Shown here piece after piece: positions 34,725 through 41,351 of a stretch of 55,066 nt of DNA. Under the pieces are notes generated by a model that saw only the letters and a program-made list of their open reading frames with translations, was not told the origin of the DNA and made no database searches. The first letter of the stretch is position 1, and each line of letters starts with the position of its first letter. Both the position numbers and the translations under genes were made by a program. Source of the stretch: a virus (Duplodnaviria > Caudoviricetes); the IMG/VR virus record IMGVR_UViG_3300046170_000069, positions 1-55,066 of that record; one strand, given 5' to 3'.

Positions 34725-34735
34725 ATCCTAATTAT

Positions 34736-35155
34736 TTATGATCCTGAACCTCCGAAGATTACTGATGAGTTATCGTTACCAAATACTCCGTATTCAACCA
34801 TACTGTCAACTTTCGTTGCGTAAACAGCGTAAGTCTTATCTGGTGATAAAGGAATAAATGCAAACTCACCACCTCCAATCTTTGCAGATAAAGCAGTGTC
34901 GCTTTCAGTTTCGTTACGTAAGTAGATGTAGTTCTCTAAAGACTCATCTAAGTTCTTGATGTAAAGGTATGCTCTGTCGCTTTTGTCGTTTGCTAGATAC
35001 ACGATCATATCGTTTGTATCAGCAGCCGTACCCTTTACTTTAGCTCTCAGCAAGCTGCCACTATCTACAGATAATGCTGATTGCGTAGTTAGATCTAGAG
35101 CGCTACTAAGAACGTCTAGAGAACTGACTCTTAGATTTACTGTTAATGTAGCCAT
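34736..35155 (-). CDS. Small beta-rich structural protein (paralog family)
   Basis: MATLTV...YLYIKN...GEFAFIP. Confidence 0.65.
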   Translation of the reverse strand: MATLTVNLRVSSLDVLSSALDLTTQSALSVDSGSLLRAKVKGTAADTNDMIVYLANDKSDRAYLYIKNLDESLENYIYLRNETESDTALSAKIGGGEFAFIPLSPDKTYAVYATKVDSMVEYGVFGNDNSSVIFGGSGS

Positions 35156-35556
35156 TAGTCTTCAAAGAATAGTGCGTACTCAATAGTCATATTAGACGCA
35201 GATGTATCAATGTCGATGTCGTTAGTTCCGTCCCAAGGGAAGAACGCCCAGTCTCCAGCGTATAACCTACCAAGCGGTAAGTTTCCAGATCCAAGCTCTA
35301 GATTTATATATTCACTAGGAGTAGTAGAAAGATTTCTAACGTAAACTTTGTGAGCAGTATTATCAGAGTATGAAGCCGCAGCAAATAAAAGAGTTGCTGT
35401 TTGAGCCGAAGAATAAAACTTACGAGCTACACCCGTAGTTTGAGACACTCCTGTGTTAGTTCCTGCATTCGTAAGAGTAGCAGTAACAGACAGATTCAAC
35501 ACATCACCTGTTAGGTCAGCACTTGATAGTGTAAGTTGTGCAGTTGTTGTTGCCAT
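35155..35556 (-). CDS. Small beta-rich structural protein (paralog family)
   Basis: MATTTA...VYVRN...GDWAFFP. Confidence 0.65.
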   Translation of the reverse strand: MATTTAQLTLSSADLTGDVLNLSVTATLTNAGTNTGVSQTTGVARKFYSSAQTATLLFAAASYSDNTAHKVYVRNLSTTPSEYINLELGSGNLPLGRLYAGDWAFFPWDGTNDIDIDTSASNMTIEYALFFED

Positions 35557-35574
35557 GATTTATAGTTGTTTTTG

Positions 35575-35582
35575 CAAATATA
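35575..35582 (-). promoter_or_regulatory. Bacteroidota -7 element TATATTTG (head operon promoter)
   Basis: Intergenic, upstream of 35556. Confidence 0.65.
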
Positions 35583-35586
35583 AGGA

Positions 35587-35793
35587 TTATTTCTTTTTGC
35601 CTTTTTTAGCTCGTATCTTAGCAGCTTCACGTTTTCCAAAAGCGCTCTTAACACGACCCATAGCCCAAGCATGTTGAGACGTCTTAGGTCTGTTACCAGA
35701 ACTCATATACGCAGCAAGGCCTCTACGGTACACTTCTTTCTGTGCAGCGTCAAGGCCAGCCATTCCGCCTTTCTTGAACTTCTTGACTTTCAT
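35587..35793 (-). CDS. Small basic protein (DUF5824-like)
   Basis: FKKGG N-terminus; VYRRGLAAY...RP...AWAMGRV motif. Confidence 0.65.
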   Translation of the reverse strand: MKVKKFKKGGMAGLDAAQKEVYRRGLAAYMSSGNRPKTSQHAWAMGRVKSAFGKREAAKIRAKKGKKK

Positions 35794-35957
35794 TACTTAT
35801 TCTTTGCTAGAGCAGCTTCCATCTTTTTACGTTGAGCTGGATCTTTTGCAAGGGCGTCAACTAAGCTTCCACCATCCTTAAAAATTTTACCTCCGTAAGC
35901 GAACATAGGCATGTCTTTCTTTCCACCACCCATGTATTTTTTCATCTTCATTTTCAT
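35793..35957 (-). CDS. Small basic protein with three [FY]xxGG motifs, 54 aa (not in ORF track)
   Basis: MKMKMKKYMGGGKKDMPMFAYGGKIFKDGGSLVDALAKDPAQRKKMEAALAKNK; TAATG overlap. Confidence 0.7.
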   Translation of the reverse strand: MKMKMKKYMGGGKKDMPMFAYGGKIFKDGGSLVDALAKDPAQRKKMEAALAKNK

Positions 35958-35969
35958 AGTTGTAAGTTT

Positions 35970-36155
35970 TTAGATTTTATCGCGTTGTTTCATAAGCTCT
36001 TTTAGTCTGGCAGCTACAGCAGGAGGGAAGCCTTTCTTCTTTCGTTTAGCTTTTGTACCTCTATGCTTTTTGTAGATATCACTAATCTGCTTCATTAGCT
36101 TCTTACGTTTCTCTACATTAGAACTACCACTTGTATATTTCTTATTGAACTTCAT
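35970..36155 (-). CDS. Small very basic protein
   Basis: 61 aa, K-rich. Confidence 0.65.
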   Translation of the reverse strand: MKFNKKYTSGSSNVEKRKKLMKQISDIYKKHRGTKAKRKKKGFPPAVAARLKELMKQRDKI

Positions 36156-36346
36156 TACTTCTTTGGGTGTGAAGCTGTCTTGAATTTAGCTTTAGCTACT
36201 GCTCCTGCGTGAGGAACGTAGTCACCTTCCATAAGGTAGTATCTACCAGACTCTTCCATCCAGTGGTAACCCTTTGGTGGATTTACAGAAATCTTCTTGT
36301 TAGAGATCTTAAGCTTACCTCCTTTCTTGTACTTCTTTACTTTCAT
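36155..36346 (-). CDS. Small basic protein
   Basis: MKVKKYKKGG...PPKGYHWM; TAATG-coupled start at 36346. Confidence 0.7.
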   Translation of the reverse strand: MKVKKYKKGGKLKISNKKISVNPPKGYHWMEESGRYYLMEGDYVPHAGAVAKAKFKTASHPKK

Positions 36347-36657
36347 TACCACTTAACTTTATCAGCCCACCATGCAGCAGACATTTTACCTCTCTTTATA
36401 TTCTTAGCGTGTCTAGCCTTGAAGCTTTTGCGTTTTGCTTTCATACGTGCAGACTCTCCAGCTTTAGGCTTCCCAGCCGTGCCTTTTACAGTACCGACCT
36501 TTTTACCTTGCTGTCCGAATCTAATCAGTTTAATCTTATCGCCTTCCTTAGCTACAACTACGTGTGACTTCGTTGGGTGATTAGGTGTACGTTTGGCTCT
36601 GTTGTAACCGCTTACTCCAGCTCTAGCTAATCTAGGATCTTTTTTCTTTGCTTTCAT
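36346..36657 (-). CDS. Small basic protein (IRFGQQG...SFKARH...AAWWA family)
   Basis: 103 aa; motif widespread in aquatic viruses, function unknown. Confidence 0.75.
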   Translation of the reverse strand: MKAKKKDPRLARAGVSGYNRAKRTPNHPTKSHVVVAKEGDKIKLIRFGQQGKKVGTVKGTAGKPKAGESARMKAKRKSFKARHAKNIKRGKMSAAWWADKVKW

Positions 36658-36995
36658 TAGAACCAGCTTATAAGTATTTCATCCACAGCGCTTTGTACCT
36701 CTTCCCGTGAAGTTTCTAACTGCATCATAATATTCCCCTGAAATCTTTCTACCTCCTCTCCGTCGTTAAAGATTATGACAGTAGGCACTACAACAATCTT
36801 ATGTTCTTGCTGAAGATCAGGGCTTGCAAGTATGTCTACTCTTTTACCTTTGCAATCAGACAACTCCTCAATCCAGTCTACACTATTAACTTTATTAAAT
36901 GGTGCGTTGAACTCAACAACACAGATGCCATTTTGCGGTATAGAACCAGCAAAAGACAGCATAGAAAATAAAGATATATAGAGTGCTGCCTTCAT
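36657..36995 (-). CDS. Exported thioredoxin-fold protein lacking CxxC
   Basis: Signal peptide (..LSFA); VVEFNAPFN in place of WCxxC; VPTVIIFNDGEEVERF cis-Pro segment. Confidence 0.75.
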   Translation of the reverse strand: MKAALYISLFSMLSFAGSIPQNGICVVEFNAPFNKVNSVDWIEELSDCKGKRVDILASPDLQQEHKIVVVPTVIIFNDGEEVERFQGNIMMQLETSREEVQSAVDEILISWF

Positions 36996-37279
36996 TACTT
37001 TAGTTTATCTATTTTTTCCTCAATACGAGTAAGATCACTCTTTAGTTCTGAAACATCCTCTTGCGTCGTCATAATAGTTTGACGAATCAATTGGTCTTTC
37101 ATATCAAACTCCATGCGAGTTACATCTGGCGGTAATGGCTCTGGTAATTCTTTAGCTAAAGCTATGTCTGCTTGAAGAGCAAACCACATCCCAATAAGGG
37201 CTGCTAGCCCTGCTGCACCCAGCCCTATTGTTTTAAGGTCTAGGGTTACTTTAGTATCTTCTCCAATTTGTTGAGCCAT
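36995..37279 (-). CDS. Single-TM membrane protein with C-terminal coiled coil
   Basis: IGLGAAGLAALIGMWFAL hydrophobic segment; VSELKSDLTRIEEKIDKL heptads. Confidence 0.75.
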   Translation of the reverse strand: MAQQIGEDTKVTLDLKTIGLGAAGLAALIGMWFALQADIALAKELPEPLPPDVTRMEFDMKDQLIRQTIMTTQEDVSELKSDLTRIEEKIDKLK

Positions 37280-38349
37280 CAGTATAATTGATAATTTAGT
37301 CCTACAGAAAAGTCATGCCATTCACGGTTCCAGTATCTGTTATACTTTCCCTCTAAGAAAACGCCAAGACTCTTGTTTAATCTCCAGCCAAAGATAAGGC
37401 CAAATCCATAATCGATCCATTGCTCGTCACCAGTCGTCTGGAAGTACGAGTACTCACCGCCTGTGTTCAAGTGGTAGGGCATAACACTAGCCCAGCTGTG
37501 TGTCCAGAAATCCTTAGTGTAATGGTAGAAATCATACCCCACGACCAAAGAGTAGTTCCACTGATCTGGCAGTTCGTTTCTCTTTTTATTTGTGTAGTCT
37601 CTCAGAACCTCTGGTATCACCACCTGCTCCCATACATCGATGCTGTTCGCTACTAAGGTACCGTCTGGAGCAAAGTACTCACCCTGCTGTACATCTATAG
37701 TGTACCCTTCTTCAATAGCTAGATTAGTGTAGTGTAGATTACCGTTAAACAATAGCCAATCCTCAAGAGGATCGTAACCGTAAGGCTCTGATATTCTTTC
37801 AGCCACACCGATGTTCAAGCTAAACTTCTTGTTGATGTTTAGTCTGTATCTCTGTGAAGCCTCGAAGTATCTTACGTCTGCGAAACCATCCTGTAAGTAT
37901 TCAGTCTTTACAATCCAGTGCTTCGCTACGTATCTAAGAAAGTAGTCTTGATCTAAGAACTCTCTACCTTGTTGTCTTCTCCAATCAGCTTCGAATAAAA
38001 ACTCAAAACCATTAATTCTACCTATAGTTGCTGCGTCACTGTAAGATCTTTCTGTACCGTCGTAGAATACGTTTGCACGGTTTTCATATCCGAATCTAGC
38101 TATCTTTCGTACACCAGCAGTTATAGAGTAGTCGAATGGAGTCTCCATTATGTCGGTTTGTAACCCGCCGATAACAGAATAAATCTTATCATCAGCTACA
38201 GAGTTACCACCACTGACAGCAGTGTAGAATGTAGCACCTCTGAAAACTTTCTTTAATGATTGACCTTTAGCTTGAGTTGACCCTAGCAGAAAAACTACCA
38301 GCATCAATAGAGCATACACAACTGCAGTTAAGTCCTTCTTCTCTGTCAT
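37279..38349 (-). CDS. Putative outer-membrane beta-barrel protein
   Basis: Signal peptide ending AKG-Q; aromatic-rich amphipathic strands; C-terminal beta-signal-like FSVGLNYQLY. Confidence 0.7.
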   Translation of the reverse strand: MTEKKDLTAVVYALLMLVVFLLGSTQAKGQSLKKVFRGATFYTAVSGGNSVADDKIYSVIGGLQTDIMETPFDYSITAGVRKIARFGYENRANVFYDGTERSYSDAATIGRINGFEFLFEADWRRQQGREFLDQDYFLRYVAKHWIVKTEYLQDGFADVRYFEASQRYRLNINKKFSLNIGVAERISEPYGYDPLEDWLLFNGNLHYTNLAIEEGYTIDVQQGEYFAPDGTLVANSIDVWEQVVIPEVLRDYTNKKRNELPDQWNYSLVVGYDFYHYTKDFWTHSWASVMPYHLNTGGEYSYFQTTGDEQWIDYGFGLIFGWRLNKSLGVFLEGKYNRYWNREWHDFSVGLNYQLY

Positions 38350-38522
38350 TAGATTTCAAATCCGAAGTTGAAGACCATAAGTCTAAACTTCTTATTAGTA
38401 CATCCTTCTTCGCAGAATAGGCAAGCCTTAACTTCAAGTACAGTAACAGTACCTAGTCTAAGGTTAAGTTCGTACTTGCTCTTTTTGTTTGTAGCCTTCC
38501 AGCTGTTTATCCAATTAATCAT
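38349..38522 (-). CDS. Small protein, 57 aa (not in ORF track)
   Basis: MINWINSWKATNKKSKYELNLRLGTVTVLEVKACLFCEEGCTNKKFRLMVFNFGFEI; ATGA and TAATG overlaps. Confidence 0.7.
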   Translation of the reverse strand: MINWINSWKATNKKSKYELNLRLGTVTVLEVKACLFCEEGCTNKKFRLMVFNFGFEI

Positions 38523-40747
38523 GATTTGATAATTTTTTGGTTGATAATAATTCCGTTATATAATACAATAACCTCGTACACTCCGTTAGGGAGCTCTCTG
38601 AGGTCGATAATAGTTTCTCTAGTGTCAGCTACTACAAGTTGACCAAATGCGTTGTAAACTCTTGTAATAGACCCCTGTGGCGCCTGTATGTTTAAGAAGC
38701 TGTTTGTTGGGTTAGGGTAGATAGCAAAGTCTCTAACGTTGTCAGTAGGTATTCCTAATGGCCATCCTTGATTGCAGTAGTCATATAAACTAACACACGA
38801 ACCATCCCATTCAACCTCACAGCAGTAAGCGTCTATTTCGATAACCCAAGCAAAGCAAGAGTCGTTTAACCAGTAACCGTCTCCGTATGGTTCTCCTAGT
38901 CCAGTAACACAGTCCTCAGCTTCGTACAAACAATTCTCGTTATCTGCTACATTAGCTAGTGGATCAAAGTTGTATGCATCTAAGTCCATACATCCTGCTA
39001 CTGGATCAATGCAATTTCCGTTATCGGTATTAGCGTTCTCATCGTAGTTAAGTGCTAGTGGATCCATACATCCGTAGATGTATTCAATACAGCTACCGTT
39101 GTCTGTATTGGCGCTAGGATCGTAGTTAAACATCGTAGGATCAGTACACCCAAACGCTACTTCAATACACTCACCTGCATCAGTAGCAGTAGCGTCGTAG
39201 TTGAAAGCGGTCGGGTCTTGACAGCCTACTACCTCTAGCTCATCACAGATACCGTCACCATCAGTATCGTTGATACAATGATTCATACAGTCATAGTATT
39301 GTACAGGGTATGTACACTCAGTATTCGTGTTAGCTTCTTCGTCGTAATCACAAGCTACTGGATCAGTACATCCGTAGATGTGAGGAATACACCCATCTCC
39401 ACAGAATGGAGTGAAGTGGTATATCGTCCACTCTGGAGTAGAGAATGGTTGTAGTGCGCTTTGTCCGTTGTTAATGAATGGATTATCACCTTCCGTTAGA
39501 AGCGTGTCACCGTTTTCATTCAGGACAAGTATAGAGTTGTGAAGAGTCTGGAAAGCAAGCTCCTGTGGAGACTGCTGCTGAGTACCAGCTTGGAAGTAGT
39601 ATACGTCAACCTCTTCATCAGAGTCTAGCGTTAGCTCCCACGTATGAGAGAACTCATTAGGGCTTACACTGAATAACCACTGCTGATCGCCTTGCACCAT
39701 GCCGATAGTAGATGCTCCCCATCCGTCACCAGCGTCATCCTCAAGTATAATCTCAAGAGTACAAGGACTGTCGTAGTCAGCTATAGTAGCAAGACTATCG
39801 TAGTTCAAGGCTGTTGGATCTACACATCCCCAAGTATGCAATGTCATACAAGTGTCTTGAATAGTAGCAAGTGGGTTATAATCTACGTAGTCGTCATCCA
39901 TACAGCCAACCACATCTGGATCTGGCTCACATGGTTCAGTGAAGATAGGACCAGAGTACATAACGATACCATCCCATTCCTCAAACGCTAAGTCCTCAAG
40001 CTCCCATAGAATGCTATCGCATGAAGTAATTACACATGCTCCATCCTGACCGCCTGACGCAGAACCATTTAGTCCATCACCGAATAAGTCGTATAGGATT
40101 AACTCAAAGCCTAGCTCCACACAAAAATCATAAGTGTATGTCAGCATCTGATCGCCGAAGTTGTACTCGTTAACAAGCACCTCGTGATAAGGCTGTCCAG
40201 TTGATAGGTTTACTAGCGTGAATCCAGTTTCGTTAGGCCATGTATCAAGAGTAAGCTCCATAGTTACTAGAGCCTGATCCTCATTACACGATACAACATT
40301 ACAACTTCCGTTATCTATGTTAGCCCATGGATTGAAGTTGTTAGCTAAATCATTCGTACATCCGAACACAGGGACTTCGCAAGGCTCAAGAGTAAAGTCA
40401 ACTGTATCTGCAGCTGTGTTAAACTCAAAGTTTGCTTCGTACAATCCGCAGAAGTTCTTCAGCTCGTAGTTACCCTCACCGAACTCACAACATATACCGT
40501 CACCAAAAACATCACTAATGATGAAAGTGTAATCACCTGCTGGTAAGAAGACTGGTGTAGTTAGATATTGATTAGGCTGATACTGTGGGCTTGTTACAAG
40601 AACACTATCGTCTTGCATAATGACCCAAGAAGTTTCATTTGGATATTGATCAGCCTGTACAGCTACATCTAGCCAGCTACCTTGACCTAAAGCTGAGGTT
40701 AATGTAAATAAAGATAAAAGGTTGGTAATAAGTAATTTACGAATCAT
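38519..40747 (-). CDS. T9SS type A sorting-domain protein with Cys-rich GCxD repeats
   Basis: Signal peptide ending ALG-Q; eight GC[TMVQ]x...N[YF] repeats; CTD IYPNP...VYNAFGQLV...LPNGVYEV...QKIIK. Confidence 0.9.
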   Translation of the reverse strand: MIRKLLITNLLSLFTLTSALGQGSWLDVAVQADQYPNETSWVIMQDDSVLVTSPQYQPNQYLTTPVFLPAGDYTFIISDVFGDGICCEFGEGNYELKNFCGLYEANFEFNTAADTVDFTLEPCEVPVFGCTNDLANNFNPWANIDNGSCNVVSCNEDQALVTMELTLDTWPNETGFTLVNLSTGQPYHEVLVNEYNFGDQMLTYTYDFCVELGFELILYDLFGDGLNGSASGGQDGACVITSCDSILWELEDLAFEEWDGIVMYSGPIFTEPCEPDPDVVGCMDDDYVDYNPLATIQDTCMTLHTWGCVDPTALNYDSLATIADYDSPCTLEIILEDDAGDGWGASTIGMVQGDQQWLFSVSPNEFSHTWELTLDSDEEVDVYYFQAGTQQQSPQELAFQTLHNSILVLNENGDTLLTEGDNPFINNGQSALQPFSTPEWTIYHFTPFCGDGCIPHIYGCTDPVACDYDEEANTNTECTYPVQYYDCMNHCINDTDGDGICDELEVVGCQDPTAFNYDATATDAGECIEVAFGCTDPTMFNYDPSANTDNGSCIEYIYGCMDPLALNYDENANTDNGNCIDPVAGCMDLDAYNFDPLANVADNENCLYEAEDCVTGLGEPYGDGYWLNDSCFAWVIEIDAYCCEVEWDGSCVSLYDYCNQGWPLGIPTDNVRDFAIYPNPTNSFLNIQAPQGSITRVYNAFGQLVVADTRETIIDLRELPNGVYEVIVLYNGIIINQKIIKS

Positions 40748-40899
40748 CTTAAAGAGTTTACAGAGTGAGTCACCTCTACTTGTATTGTCGATCTACTAGG
40801 TGTTGCTGTTATAGCTGAAGGTAAAGATGCGGTTGCGTTTACTACGGTTGCTTCAGACACACCGATAGATCCTGAAGATATAGAAAGTGTTACATCCAT
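40744..40899 (-). CDS. Small S/T/V-rich protein, 51 aa (not in ORF track)
   Basis: MDVTLSISSG...VNSLR; ATGA overlap with the T9SS cargo gene. Confidence 0.6.
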   Translation of the reverse strand: MDVTLSISSGSIGVSEATVVNATASLPSAITATPSRSTIQVEVTHSVNSLR

Positions 40900-40901
40900 G
40901 A

Positions 40902-41351
40902 TTAAACGTTACTAGCGTCGCTATTAATTACAAAGCTTCCAGTAAGTATAGTTGTTGCTTTGTTAGCAGAGTCTACATTGTTAGCAGCGTTTGTATCAAC
41001 GTACTGAATATCATACTTGTATCTACCGCTATCTACAGCTTTCATATCTGCAGCAGAAGCTTCAAACTTTACGATACCAGTAGCATCACTTGATGTAGTA
41101 TCTGATGTGTCAGTTATAGAAACTGATATCTCAGCCAGTCTATCTGCAGACTCTTCGAGCCCATCAGTAGCTAGTGCAACTACAGCTGGGTTAGCTTTTG
41201 TTACCAGCATAAAGAATGTAGCTTCATTACCACCGTGAAGATTAATAGCGCTACCGCTTGAATCCTTCAATGTTAATGTTAAGCTAAAAGAATCACCTCG
41301 TCTGCATGTGATGTCAAGATTCTTTGATATGTCTAAGTTTACTCTAGCCAT
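40902..41351 (-). CDS. BppU-N-like beta-sandwich adaptor protein
   Basis: DITCRRGDSFSLTLTLKD...GRYKYDIQ...TILTGSF pattern. Confidence 0.6.
   Translation of the reverse strand: MARVNLDISKNLDITCRRGDSFSLTLTLKDSSGSAINLHGGNEATFFMLVTKANPAVVALATDGLEESADRLAEISVSITDTSDTTSSDATGIVKFEASAADMKAVDSGRYKYDIQYVDTNAANNVDSANKATTILTGSFVINSDASNV

Noticed and set aside
38900-40400. CRISPR array or DGR-like repeats
   Set aside because: The repeats are degenerate protein-coding GCxD units; there is no constant DNA repeat, no cas gene and no reverse transcriptase.
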